A DNA stretch of 64,000 nucleotides from a candidate division WOR-3 bacterium (GCA_030606335.1 JAUWGP010000003.1:26065-90064); one strand, 5' to 3'; positions 46,901 to 57,440 are shown, counted from the first letter of the stretch. The notes: generated from the sequence alone by a model not told the origin. Made by a program: numbers and translations.

Positions 46901-48331
46901 TCAATCACCAACTAATAAAAGCGATATACCCCTGTAATCTCCTATTTTCTTATAACCTAATTCCTTTAACTTAAAGTATTCTAATTCTGTCTTATCAATC
47001 ACATTTACTATTAGCCTGGGTCTATAGCGTTGTAAAAGCTGCGGGATGTCCTCATAAGTAGTAAGATGATACCTTTCCCTCTGTTTTGGACTTATATCCT
47101 CGCTTATGTCGTGAAGATAAAAAGCAAGTTCTGAAACAGTTTTTCTTTTCGCCAGAAATCCAAAATAGAATCCAAAGGAAACTACCTTATCATCCTTTTC
47201 TGTAACTGTTTCAATAGCCCTGGTTACATCTCTTATATTTGAAATTGAATGCCCCTTTTGCCAATCTCTGATGTTAAAGGAATACATTAAAGAGCACGGT
47301 ATATATGATGCAATATAGACAATTAGAAGCCATTTACTCCATGTTTTTCTTCTTAGATAACAGATATAGGGTACAAGTAAGAATAAAAGAAATGGGTAGA
47401 CCTCAGTCATATAACCGAAATGTGTAGGGGTAAGTAAGAAATAGTAAACTATAAAAAGGACTGCAGCACAAATTAATGCTAACAATTCCTCTCTTTTTAT
47501 TTTTCTCCACTTAACAGCTATTGAAAGTAATATAAAAAGCACAATATTTGATGGAAAAAAGATAACCTTGGAAAGAATTAGAAATCTGTGGGTTACAAAC
47601 CAATAAAATGAAGGGGTAGTCCTATTAAAATGATATAACAAATTACAGAAAATAAAATTATCCGGATATTTAAAAAAGTAATATAATGAAGGAATGACAC
47701 CAAGAACAAAACCAGCAACTGTATATAGTATCATTTTCCACTCTCGCTTAAAGAGAAGAAGAACAATCGCAATGATTAACAGTATTACAAATATTGAGCG
47801 AAAACTCACTGAAAGACCAATACAAACTCCAGAAAGTAAAGAATATATACATTTTCTTCTCTTTAAGGAAAGGGAAAATAAAATAAGAAACAGAATATTC
47901 AGTAAATTCACCCAGGCTCTTTGTGTTGCCTGGATGGAGTTGTAGAAAAGCACTGCGTTACCACTCCACAGGACACCAATATAAATAGTATCTCTCTTAG
48001 ATTTATTAATATGAAAGGTATATAGAAGAAGGATAACACCTGATATAAGTGTAAGTATGGAAGAAGATACTCTGGCGAGAAAGAAATTTGTCCATCCACC
48101 ATTTGAAAAAGGCAGAAAGACTAAAGCTGAGAGTGGCATTTGATTAAAGAAAAAATCTTTATATAATTTCTTTCCTATTGCTATTAAAGATGCTGCAGGA
48201 ATATAAGTACTTAATTCATCCGTATAAACATTTTGAGTAAAGATAAGAGCGACAAGAATACCTCCACTTATGATGCAGAATAATATGATAATTTTAAATA
48301 TGCTATCCTGACTTCGCCTCATGAAAACCAT
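46901..48331 (-). CDS. GT-C-like polytopic membrane glycosyltransferase, paralogue 2
   Basis: 476 aa, collinear with paralogue 1; even the antisense ORF shadows match (46205-46399 and 47908-48102). Confidence 0.5.
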   Translation of the reverse strand: MVFMRRSQDSIFKIIILFCIISGGILVALIFTQNVYTDELSTYIPAASLIAIGKKLYKDFFFNQMPLSALVFLPFSNGGWTNFFLARVSSSILTLISGVILLLYTFHINKSKRDTIYIGVLWSGNAVLFYNSIQATQRAWVNLLNILFLILFSLSLKRRKCIYSLLSGVCIGLSVSFRSIFVILLIIAIVLLLFKREWKMILYTVAGFVLGVIPSLYYFFKYPDNFIFCNLLYHFNRTTPSFYWFVTHRFLILSKVIFFPSNIVLFILLSIAVKWRKIKREELLALICAAVLFIVYYFLLTPTHFGYMTEVYPFLLFLLVPYICYLRRKTWSKWLLIVYIASYIPCSLMYSFNIRDWQKGHSISNIRDVTRAIETVTEKDDKVVSFGFYFGFLAKRKTVSELAFYLHDISEDISPKQRERYHLTTYEDIPQLLQRYRPRLIVNVIDKTELEYFKLKELGYKKIGDYRGISLLLVGD

Positions 48332-48341
48332 TTAAAGATTT

Positions 48342-49526
48342 TCAACTAACTACTGTGTGTTTTTTAACAAGTTGTTGGTAGGTTTCGGCTGTTTTTACAG
48401 CAATCCTGTCCCAGGAAAAATACTCTTTGACGAGCTTTTTACCCTTATGAGATAAAGTTTCTCTTAATTTCATGTCCTTCAACACATGTATAATCTTTTG
48501 TGCAATTTGCTCCTGATTTTGAGGGTCAATGAGCACTGCACTTCCTTCAATCAATCCAACGACATCCCTTACTGGACCAATATCTGATGCGATAACAGGA
48601 ACTCCAAATGCCATAGCTTCAATTAGCACTATCCCTTGAGTTTCGTAAAGTGTTGGGAAAACAAAAATACTCGCCTTTTTATATAACTCGTATATTTTCT
48701 GTCTTGGTAGGGGTCCAGTAAACTCTATATTTGAGGTTAGGTTGTTTTCCTTTATAAATTTCTGCAGTGAGTTAAAATAACCTTTTTCATCTACAGGTCC
48801 AGCGAAGATAAACATCGTATCAGGAACTTCTTTTAAAACACCTATAGATGCCCTTACTAAAGCTAACTGATTTTTTCTCCTGCAAATTCTTGCAGGGTAC
48901 ATCACAATATGTCTTTTTTCCCTGTTAGATTTATTATAATTAATATATTCCTTTATTTTTTCTACCTCTAATCCATAGTGTATCGAAGTAATTTTCAAAG
49001 AATTTAATCCAAAATGAGACACAAGTGTGTTCTTTACGCTTATAGTGGGGGTAAATATGTGGTCAATCCTCTTAAGTAGTATAGACTCTGCTATGTGCTT
49101 TATCCTGTTTAAAAGTGAGGGGTTGAGTATAAACTTAGTGTTATGAGTGGTATATAATATAACTATATGCCATTTGAAAATACTCTTTGCAATCAGTACA
49201 AACAAACCTGCAAATTGTGAGTGACTATGAATTATATCTACAGGCTTCTCTTTTAATAAGTAGTATAATTTAGGTATTGTACTATAGGCAAATGAGAGAA
49301 CCTGTAATAATGGGTGAACATCACATAGGGAGGGTATCTTTACCTCACAGAAAACAATTCCTGTTTTTCCTCTATCTATATTCGATTTTATATCGATTAT
49401 ATCAACACTATTTCCATATTTAACTAGCTTCTTAGAAAGTTCATATATTGCATTCTCTACGGCACCGACACCAATAGGTGGGATAGACATAATACCCGTA
49501 CCAATATGGACAATATTCATTCCCAT
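48342..49526 (-). CDS. GT4-family (group 1) glycosyltransferase
   Basis: GT-B C-terminal motif E...GIVLIEAMAFGVPVIASDIGPVRDVV; 394 aa. Confidence 0.8.
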   Translation of the reverse strand: MGMNIVHIGTGIMSIPPIGVGAVENAIYELSKKLVKYGNSVDIIDIKSNIDRGKTGIVFCEVKIPSLCDVHPLLQVLSFAYSTIPKLYYLLKEKPVDIIHSHSQFAGLFVLIAKSIFKWHIVILYTTHNTKFILNPSLLNRIKHIAESILLKRIDHIFTPTISVKNTLVSHFGLNSLKITSIHYGLEVEKIKEYINYNKSNREKRHIVMYPARICRRKNQLALVRASIGVLKEVPDTMFIFAGPVDEKGYFNSLQKFIKENNLTSNIEFTGPLPRQKIYELYKKASIFVFPTLYETQGIVLIEAMAFGVPVIASDIGPVRDVVGLIEGSAVLIDPQNQEQIAQKIIHVLKDMKLRETLSHKGKKLVKEYFSWDRIAVKTAETYQQLVKKHTVVS

Positions 49527-49592
49527 ATTATCCGTCTTGTATAAAAATCCTAATTTTTATGTCATCTATCACCAGATCCATATAATAACATA

Positions 49593-52500
49593 CTATCTGA
49601 TATATACAAGTTTAGATGTTTTAAGTTCGCCCTCTGTATCGAGAACAATAAAATAGACCCCATTTGCAACCTTGTTTCCGTTTTCACCTACTCCACTCCA
49701 TTTTAATGTATAAGTTCCACCCTCTCTGGGCTCGTCAAGAAGTGTCTTTATGACTCTGCCACATACATCATACACTTTTATCTTCACATGTTTAATAGAG
49801 GATATTTGATACCTTATATCAACTATTCCTCTCATGGGATTAGGATAAGGTGGAAAAATACAGTCTATATACGGAAAGTCCATAGTAACTTCTGTAATTT
49901 CAGGTATAACAAATCCGTAAAGTCCTGTGTTCCATCTATCATGTCTTGCTGAGCCCCATTCAATACTATCTCCCTCAACCTCCCATACGTATAAATAAGT
50001 TCCCTGATAGTTAGTCACCAGAAGTTCATTCATACCGTCGTCATCTATATCATCAATCACAGGAGACCTCTTTATGTTATGGTATGTCTGTACTGGAAAG
50101 CCCGGCGTGAATGAACCATCTGCCTCTATAGAATATACAGCGCCATCTGTTCCTCCAACAACCACCTCCATGTTACCATCACCATCAACATCGGCTATCA
50201 GGGGTGGAGATGCAGGGAGTGCATCTCTATGTCTCATCCTCAAGTGAACAGGCCAACCTGAAAGTAACATTCCTTCTTTATTCCATGCAGTAACCTGATC
50301 AAAACACACCATTACTATATCAGGTTCGCCATTACCTGTTACATCACCCACTGCAATACCAGGTCCCTCAGATGGAGGAGGAGAATATTCCTGTGGCCAT
50401 CCTGTTAGTGGTCTGCCAAACCTATTCAAAACCCACAACTTTTCTTCTGTAGCTGTAATAATCTCAAGTCCATCCATCTTTAAGTCTATATCTGCGATTG
50501 ACGGGTTCACTATGACATCAGCCTCAAGCCATACAGGAAAGCTGTCAATTACCTCTCCTTCAGGATTCCATACATAAAGGCTGTCTCCACCTGCAATTAT
50601 CTCAAGTGTGTCATCTCCATCTATATCGGCAATAGAAGGTGAAATTAAACTTGGGTTGACTCCAACATTAGAAAAAAGGTTCACACTCCCTGTATGCTCA
50701 ATTAAATATATATTTCCAGAAAAGGTGAGAACAATAATCTCAAGAAATCCATTGCCATATATATCTTGCAGAACAGGTGAACCAATAAGACCAACTCCTG
50801 CATCAGGTAGTAGTACAGGGAAACCCTGTTCAATCTGCCCCTCTCCATTAAAAACATATATTGAACAACATGAGGAAGCCCAAAATGGTGCAATTATAAT
50901 CTCCTCCTCTCCGTCTGCATCAATATCTCCTACAGCTGACCTGCCCCATACAGGATATTCTACATTAGCAAATTCTTCCTCATCTAAAAGCGTAGAACCA
51001 TCACAATGCCATCCATAAAGTCGACCATCATCACACCCACAAAAAACCTCTTTCCCGGTATGAGTTTTATCTATATCTGCGCAGACTACTACCCAGAAAG
51101 GCTTTTCCTTTGGTCCCTTCTTGGGCCATCCGGTTTTCATCACGGGATTTGTCTTGCCATAAATATGAGCTGATAGCCCACTTTCATTCATAAAGGAATC
51201 TATTGCACTTACTCTGTAGTAGTAGCCTGTCCATGGTAAAAGACCCTGATCGAGTAACATAGAATTTTCACTCTGTATAATTGAGTTTAATTTAATATAT
51301 CCAGTTTCTTCTACACCACTCCTGTAGATGTTGTATCCAATAGCATAATCTACAGGTTGCCAGAAAATTCTCATGCTTGTCTCACCTGGAAAGACATATA
51401 AACCCTCCGGAGGTAGTAAATTCCTTACTATAAAAGTATCCACCCATGTCCTGTCTAATCCATCTATCACCACAATACTAAAGATTGAATCACCTCCTGT
51501 ATAGGAAAATGCATCTTCTATTAGAAGGAGTGTATCGGGTTCAAATAAATCGATATTATATATACTATCAATTATATTGCTGGAGCTCAATGTTGCTGTC
51601 AGACTCTCTACCTCTCCAAATCCTGAATTCCTTAAAACAATTGACATAGAGAAGGTATCTGTTGATATTTCATTTATACTATGTCCATAGTGAAAAATCT
51701 CTGGATAATAAATATAAAGTAGGGTAGAATCCCTTGAACTCAATGTGTCATTATAATAAATATTAAAGGCAAGATATACTATAGGATCTTCCATCTCCTT
51801 GTTTATAAGAATGGTTGCAATAACTGTATCACTCTCACCTTGAGAGAGGTCCTTCATAATAAATAATGTATCTATCAGGTTGACAAGCGTGTCATTGGTA
51901 TAACCTTTTGCAGATATATTCCAGGCATCTGAACCACCACTATTCATAAACTCACATAAAAACGAAATAGAATCACCTGAAGATAAAATCTCAGGCGAGA
52001 AATCCTTAATTATAATATAAGGTTGCTCGGGTTCTACATACAGCTCACCCTCATAAGGTATATAATTATGTGCTGTCACAACAATCGATAGCATACCCTC
52101 TACCTCTGGTGTCAGCTCAAATGAGGCAACGCCGCTTTCATCTGTATATGCAGTGGCATATACATTCTCGTTTGATACACATATATAGGCACCTGAAAAA
52201 GGAAATTCATCATCGGTTACATATATATCAAATATCTGTTGTCCAACATCCACTGTGTCATCGTAGACTACAGATAATGTGTCAGGAAAATCCGTCCAGA
52301 GGTATATCTCAGGGTCTCCCAGATAATTAAGTGCATAGTTCTCCCATCTCCACCAGACCCCAGTTCCTCCAGTTATCTTGGATGCTGCATCTGCCTCTGC
52401 TGGAGAGAATAGAGAGTCGGTAAAAATAGCCTTAAAGAATGCTCTATTTATAGGTCTGGAACATTCGGGAAAGTCTGACCTTGTTGAGGCAATTATCCCA

Positions 52501-53987
52501 ATTCCACCGCCAAGGTTGCTCTCAATGTAATGTGCACAGAAGTTGTCTGAATCATAGGAATTTGTCCAACATGTTGTTAGATACATAAATCCAGATGGGT
52601 TTATCAGTGAATCCCAGTCACTTCTCCAGATAGGTGGCCATCTGGAGAGCATAACCCTTAGATCTTCGATGTACCCATGACATACAGCATACACCATATT
52701 ATAACCGGTTACGATTGAATCCAGAAATTCCTCTCTTGTGGGATATCCATAATACTCATACATCTTGCTAACAGTAAAATCATCTGGCAACTCATCTGCT
52801 ATATCCTCACAGTGTTCCATTCCATCTAAACCCCATTCTCCATTACCTGAGAAGAGCTCTGAACCTACAAGCATAATCTTCTTCTGATAGCCATATAGGG
52901 GAGATTTTTCGTATAAAAGGAGTTTTTCAACAAGACTCTCTGCTCCTTCCCTGGTTTGTACAGGTAATCTTCCTATAAATACATCATATCCCATATCGAC
53001 GTCATCCTCAGACTCGCCAAATATTCCATTGTCATTTGCATCCCAGTCTCCATCAAGACAGGCATAATACATATCAGTTGGTATCAGTTCACCTAAATTA
53101 TACTCTGCCTGAATGAATGCATACCTCACTGGTATTATATTTATACCTCCCCCAATTACTATATAACATAACCCCCACTTCTGGTACGCATCCTTTATAA
53201 AGTTTCTTATCTTCTCAGATACATCACATCCTGTATAGTATGACTCGATCCATTCCAGAGTCCTAATGGTCGACCTTACTCCCTTTCTTGATTTCCAGTA
53301 TATTAGCGGCATAAAGGATTCTTTCAGTGAATCGCTGGTTATAAGACATAGGTCTATCCTATCAGAGGTGTAACTTGGTAACTCTGTCTCGCTTTTCATT
53401 TTTAAAACTGAAAATCTTTCTTTACAATTCTTAGACCAATCACTCTCAAATATTGATAGAAACCTGTTAATTCTCTCTCTTGTGTAAATGCTTCTTTCTG
53501 GAGAGACAACGTATACTGGTTTATAACTGAATGAGAAATCAATATTCTGAATAAATGAAATACTGCTGTCTTCAGGATGATAAAGCAGTGGGTGAACTGC
53601 TATAGTAACTATTCTTTCACCAAAATATACATCCTCCCTTTTTATCTCAACTATAGAAGACGGATATATATCTGCACATTCTAATGAAATAAATGGTCCC
53701 TCTTCATTGTCAAGCCTTTTATATGGTTGAAAGGGATAGGGTATGAACTTGCCATCGAGTGATATCATCATTATATTTTCCAATCTTACTTTAGAGATTG
53801 CCATGCCATGCGGCATGACAAAATGAAGAAGTCTTTCAGGTAGTTCAGGTTGACCTACCTTCTCAGTTTTAGTACATCCACACATGGATATTCTATCGTA
53901 ACAACCCTGCTTAAGGATTGTTAAATCTCCTATATCGAAGGTCAGAGTGGTAGTAAATAATGAAATCGTTATGAAGATGCTTATCAT
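49593..53987 (-). CDS. C25 (gingipain-like) cysteine peptidase with Fn3 domain, FG-GAP/VCBS repeats and T9SS C-terminal sorting domain
   Basis: C25 core (LCLITSD...WKSRKG...IVIGGG...DMYYACLDGDWD...FIGRLPV); catalytic His (AVCHGY) and Cys (YLTTCWT); Fn3 (IFWQPVDYAIGYNIYRSG); repeated DIDADGEEEI / DVDGDGNMEV / DIDDDGMNEL FG-GAP units. C-terminus PYPNPM...KWSGVGENGNKVANGVYFIVLDTEGELKTSKLVYIR. Confidence 0.7.
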   Translation of the reverse strand: MISIFITISLFTTTLTFDIGDLTILKQGCYDRISMCGCTKTEKVGQPELPERLLHFVMPHGMAISKVRLENIMMISLDGKFIPYPFQPYKRLDNEEGPFISLECADIYPSSIVEIKREDVYFGERIVTIAVHPLLYHPEDSSISFIQNIDFSFSYKPVYVVSPERSIYTRERINRFLSIFESDWSKNCKERFSVLKMKSETELPSYTSDRIDLCLITSDSLKESFMPLIYWKSRKGVRSTIRTLEWIESYYTGCDVSEKIRNFIKDAYQKWGLCYIVIGGGINIIPVRYAFIQAEYNLGELIPTDMYYACLDGDWDANDNGIFGESEDDVDMGYDVFIGRLPVQTREGAESLVEKLLLYEKSPLYGYQKKIMLVGSELFSGNGEWGLDGMEHCEDIADELPDDFTVSKMYEYYGYPTREEFLDSIVTGYNMVYAVCHGYIEDLRVMLSRWPPIWRSDWDSLINPSGFMYLTTCWTNSYDSDNFCAHYIESNLGGGIGIIASTRSDFPECSRPINRAFFKAIFTDSLFSPAEADAASKITGGTGVWWRWENYALNYLGDPEIYLWTDFPDTLSVVYDDTVDVGQQIFDIYVTDDEFPFSGAYICVSNENVYATAYTDESGVASFELTPEVEGMLSIVVTAHNYIPYEGELYVEPEQPYIIIKDFSPEILSSGDSISFLCEFMNSGGSDAWNISAKGYTNDTLVNLIDTLFIMKDLSQGESDTVIATILINKEMEDPIVYLAFNIYYNDTLSSRDSTLLYIYYPEIFHYGHSINEISTDTFSMSIVLRNSGFGEVESLTATLSSSNIIDSIYNIDLFEPDTLLLIEDAFSYTGGDSIFSIVVIDGLDRTWVDTFIVRNLLPPEGLYVFPGETSMRIFWQPVDYAIGYNIYRSGVEETGYIKLNSIIQSENSMLLDQGLLPWTGYYYRVSAIDSFMNESGLSAHIYGKTNPVMKTGWPKKGPKEKPFWVVVCADIDKTHTGKEVFCGCDDGRLYGWHCDGSTLLDEEEFANVEYPVWGRSAVGDIDADGEEEIIIAPFWASSCCSIYVFNGEGQIEQGFPVLLPDAGVGLIGSPVLQDIYGNGFLEIIVLTFSGNIYLIEHTGSVNLFSNVGVNPSLISPSIADIDGDDTLEIIAGGDSLYVWNPEGEVIDSFPVWLEADVIVNPSIADIDLKMDGLEIITATEEKLWVLNRFGRPLTGWPQEYSPPPSEGPGIAVGDVTGNGEPDIVMVCFDQVTAWNKEGMLLSGWPVHLRMRHRDALPASPPLIADVDGDGNMEVVVGGTDGAVYSIEADGSFTPGFPVQTYHNIKRSPVIDDIDDDGMNELLVTNYQGTYLYVWEVEGDSIEWGSARHDRWNTGLYGFVIPEITEVTMDFPYIDCIFPPYPNPMRGIVDIRYQISSIKHVKIKVYDVCGRVIKTLLDEPREGGTYTLKWSGVGENGNKVANGVYFIVLDTEGELKTSKLVYIR

Positions 53988-54079
53988 AATAAAAAATTAG
54001 TTATTGGTTTACCCTGCCTGCCATATTTAATGTTTCACTTTATTACATTATGGCTTGTCCTGTAGCACAGTGTACAGGG

Positions 54080-54165
54080 TGAAATGCGAACTTGTGAGCT
54101 ATTTCATCAGGGTCATTAGTTTACCCTATGAAATGTGAACTCGTGAGCTATTTCATTGGGGTCAT
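54080..54165. repeat. tandem about 49-bp duplication, each unit carrying an ATGAAAT/ATTTCAT hairpin
   Basis: gtgaaatgcgaacttgtgagctatttcatcagggtcattagtttaccct followed by atgaaatgtgaactcgtgagctatttcattggggtcattgggctattcc. Confidence 0.5.
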
Positions 54166-55097
54166 TGGGCTATTCCCAACCTCCTTGGTAAATACATGGC
54201 AGCAAGGTCCACTGTTCTCTGACAGTTTAACCAACATCGATTACATCGGGTAAATGAACGAATCGCTTCTTTTGTCTTTCTATCTCTCCATATCTGTCCG
54301 AAACTTCTCTTATGTAGATTACCAAGCTTTATTTTCCTTGCCTCACACAGTTCAACATCACCATTTGGTTTTATTACCGGTCTAACATATATACTAAGGC
54401 AGGGAAGGTTTAACCTCCTATTTGCCCATAGAGAATAAAGGCTGTAATAATCTGAAGTAAACATATCCGATACATCATAGAGTTCTAATACTTCTCTTTC
54501 TATACCGAAATATTCAACAAAAGAGAAGTATCCAACACTGAGTCCAATATTGTGACTTTTGGTAAAATCAAGTACAAACTCCAAGTCCTCTTTTGTGTTC
54601 CATTTACTTATTGTATATTCAATCTCAATACTGCTGAACTCCTTAATTTCATCAACAATTTTCTCGACGTTCCTAAATGTATCTATACCCCTTATATACT
54701 TGTTGGTTTCAGGTTTTCCATCAAGTGAAACTGAGACATATTTCACCTTTTCGTCCTTTACAAGCGAAATCAGTTCATCTACTAAGATTCCGTTCGAAAA
54801 AACCCTTATATTTTTCCCTCTGAAAAGGGATACAATCTCTCTGCATTCAGGATGAAGGAGAAAATCACCACCTGTGATAATAAATTCCATATCATCTCCA
54901 ATTTCATCATCCGCTAATAGCATTTCAATTATAGACTTATCCAGGTCAATTTTTTCTACCATTCTCCATATATTACAGGTCCTACATCTCGATGTACATC
55001 TATTAGTTATATATATAGGCATGGAGAGAATTCGTCTTCTCCTTATCGAATAAATAAGCCTTGAGAGATTAAACGCTTTATTAAAAAATCTATCCAT
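54162..55097 (-). CDS. radical SAM enzyme with C-terminal SPASM/twitch-like Cys cluster
   Basis: CTSRCRTC (CxxxCxxC) near the N-terminus. C-terminal CEARK...CNRCWLNC cysteine cluster. The start may be the internal ATG at 55022. Confidence 0.75.
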   Translation of the reverse strand: MDRFFNKAFNLSRLIYSIRRRRILSMPIYITNRCTSRCRTCNIWRMVEKIDLDKSIIEMLLADDEIGDDMEFIITGGDFLLHPECREIVSLFRGKNIRVFSNGILVDELISLVKDEKVKYVSVSLDGKPETNKYIRGIDTFRNVEKIVDEIKEFSSIEIEYTISKWNTKEDLEFVLDFTKSHNIGLSVGYFSFVEYFGIEREVLELYDVSDMFTSDYYSLYSLWANRRLNLPCLSIYVRPVIKPNGDVELCEARKIKLGNLHKRSFGQIWRDRKTKEAIRSFTRCNRCWLNCQRTVDLAAMYLPRRLGIAQ

Positions 55098-55227
55098 TTA
55101 TAAAGCCAGATTAATATAAAATTCAGCTGTATTATAGTTATATTTAATGAACTTTTATGTAAATAATTATACCATACATAAAAAGAAATGTCAATAATTT
55201 AAAAATAAAAGACTGACCAAACATTCT

Positions 55228-56229
55228 TCAAAGATTTCCTATCAGAGATTTTAAAATTTTATAATAGCAATCCTTCGAACCAAAATATCTTGTGATAGAC
55301 CTTTTTCCAAAATCTATAAACACACCAGGTGCGTAATAAAAAAACCATGAAAGAATTTTTGCAGGCATAAAATTCTTATGAAACTCCCTAAAATATGGGT
55401 CTAAAAACGGTTTTTGGAATTTTAGATGTTGTTCTATCATCTTACCTGCCAATAATGCTGAAAGAACTCCAGAGTATATACCTGCTGCAGTAATTGGTGA
55501 GGCAAAAGCTCCTGCATCACCAATCAGAATCATATTTTTCTTTATCCTTATCCCTTCTCTCCAAATTGGGTAGCGATAGTGGTATACCTTTCCACATAGT
55601 TCAATCTCTAATTCTTCTCTCAGTTTTATTGCCCACCTTTTAGGGTCCTCAAACCCTCCAGCGCCAAAAGCAACTGTGCTTTTCTTTGGCCAGAACCATG
55701 TATATCCTGCTCCAGGTCCAATTGAAACTATAAAATCTTCAGCGCGAAGGGGTAATTCCCATTCAACAGTTTCAATCCATCGAGGATACTGGATACCTAT
55801 AGTTTTCCTCACTATGCTGAACGGTCCATCAGCACCTACAATAATTCTAGCTTCATATATAGAATTACCTGTATATACATAATTATCCTTGACCCTTCGA
55901 ACCATCTCAAAGACAACTTTGGCTCCAGCATCTGTTGCCATATCGAGCAGATAACAATCAAAATCTTCCCGTTTCACAGTAACTATTGGAGCAGCGAGTT
56001 TTAATTGCCAGCTTCTATTACCCTTTTTTAGAGTTAGATGGTCAAATCTACGCTCAAAAGGGAAATCACCTATCAGTTCACTCAGAATAAAGGGAATAGC
56101 TCCCGCACAGACCTTATACCTGGGGAATTTTCTCTTCTCAATTATCAGGACATCAAATCCTTTCGATGAAAGTAATCTACCCAATGTAGAACCTGAGGGT
56201 CCCCCACCAACAACTATTACATCGTACAT
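55228..56229 (-). CDS. FAD-dependent oxidoreductase, geranylgeranyl-reductase family
   Basis: YDVIVVGGGPSGSTLGRLLSSKGFDVLIIEKR dinucleotide fold with CAGAI; 333 aa, the typical GGR/FixC-like length. Confidence 0.7.
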   Translation of the reverse strand: MYDVIVVGGGPSGSTLGRLLSSKGFDVLIIEKRKFPRYKVCAGAIPFILSELIGDFPFERRFDHLTLKKGNRSWQLKLAAPIVTVKREDFDCYLLDMATDAGAKVVFEMVRRVKDNYVYTGNSIYEARIIVGADGPFSIVRKTIGIQYPRWIETVEWELPLRAEDFIVSIGPGAGYTWFWPKKSTVAFGAGGFEDPKRWAIKLREELEIELCGKVYHYRYPIWREGIRIKKNMILIGDAGAFASPITAAGIYSGVLSALLAGKMIEQHLKFQKPFLDPYFREFHKNFMPAKILSWFFYYAPGVFIDFGKRSITRYFGSKDCYYKILKSLIGNL

Positions 56230-56312
56230 ATAACCTTATTATATTATAAACAAATCGATTTATAAAAAAGTTACCAGGCAGGTTCCTATTTTTAAAGCTA
56301 AATATTTCCTTT

Positions 56313-56975
56313 TTAAGTTCTTCGGTGAGCCTTCAGGAATATATGCACCCCGAATCGACCACTTTTTATATTGAAGTATAAACTCTCATTTATATGTCTT
56401 ATGAATGGTATCCCAAGCGGTTTTGTATAAACTTTATCAACATTAAATCCAGCTTTTAAAAAGAGCGATAAAAGGCTTTTATGGTTGAACAACTGGATAT
56501 GAAGAGGGTCATATAGATAGTCATAGCCAGTAATAGCAGACTTAATTTTATGCAGAAATGCCCATCTATTGGGTGTAGAGACAACAATCCTCCCCTCCTT
56601 CTTGAGTAATCTCTTTATGCTGCGTAGTGTATTGAGAGGCTTGGGTAGATGTTCAACAACCTCTATCATTGTTACTGCATCATAGATATCCTTATCCATA
56701 TCTTTCAGCTTTATATTTTTAAATGATATGTCTGGATAGTTTGAAGATGCTATTTTAAGTGCCTTTTCATTTATATCTATCCCCTCTGGGACCGCTTCAT
56801 ATTTCTTTTCCAGGAGATAACAGAATTCCCCTGTTCCACATCCTACATCAAGTATCCTCTCCCCCTTCTTTGGCGAAAGGATTGTAATAATCTCCCTAAA
56901 CTCCCAATTATCGTAATCCTTAAGATGGAGTATGGCGTATCTATAGTCGTATTCCATAGTAAAATCAAAAATCAA
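56313..56975 (-). CDS. class I SAM-dependent methyltransferase
   Basis: Motif I ILDVGCGTGEF; motif post-I/II (GIDINEKALKIA; AVTMIEVVEHL). Confidence 0.75.
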   Translation of the reverse strand: MIFDFTMEYDYRYAILHLKDYDNWEFREIITILSPKKGERILDVGCGTGEFCYLLEKKYEAVPEGIDINEKALKIASSNYPDISFKNIKLKDMDKDIYDAVTMIEVVEHLPKPLNTLRSIKRLLKKEGRIVVSTPNRWAFLHKIKSAITGYDYLYDPLHIQLFNHKSLLSLFLKAGFNVDKVYTKPLGIPFIRHINESLYFNIKSGRFGVHIFLKAHRRT

Positions 56976-57099
56976 ATATTAAATATCAAAATTTTTAGCC
57001 ACAGATTACACAGATTCTCGATCTCACCTCTTTTTAAACAGGGACTTGAACGAGACATAAACGAGATTTTATCTAAAGAATAACGTGCAAGAGAGCCTA

Positions 57100-57440
57100 T
57101 GTTATTGCGAGTTAATTCCATCCTGGCTGGTGTCTTGTTAACTAACTTAGTTCACCTTTTTTCTTTGTCAAGATGCTATGGTAGTATCAGGTTCCTACCT
57201 ACGATTATGAGTCACAACGAGCCTGTCTACCGTCAGGTAGATAGGTTGCTCCAACCTCCAAAGGATACATTATTTTATAGAACACTAACTGTCATTGCGA
57301 GACTGAACGAAGTGAAGTCGTGGCAATCTCATCCTTTACTTCTAATATCTAAATGCGATTGCTTCACCTATGGTTCGCAATGACAAAAGTGAATGCCTGT
57401 CATTGCGAGCGAACAAAGTGAGCGTGGCAATCTCATTCTT
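57100..57440. repeat. composite dispersed repeat ('cattgcgag' family), copy D
   Basis: gttattgcgag..., tgtcattgcgagactgaacgaagtgaagtcgtggcaatctcat, gattgcttcacc...ttcgcaatgacaaaagtgaatgcctgtcattgcgagcgaacaaagtgagcgtggcaatctcat. The 94-aa ORF here is repeat-derived. Confidence 0.6.

Noticed and set aside
45180-48331. Transposase or IS element explaining the duplicated 1.5-kb units.
   Set aside because: Both units encode 12-TM membrane proteins with glycosyltransferase-like loops. There are no DDE or HTH transposase motifs and no terminal inverted repeats.
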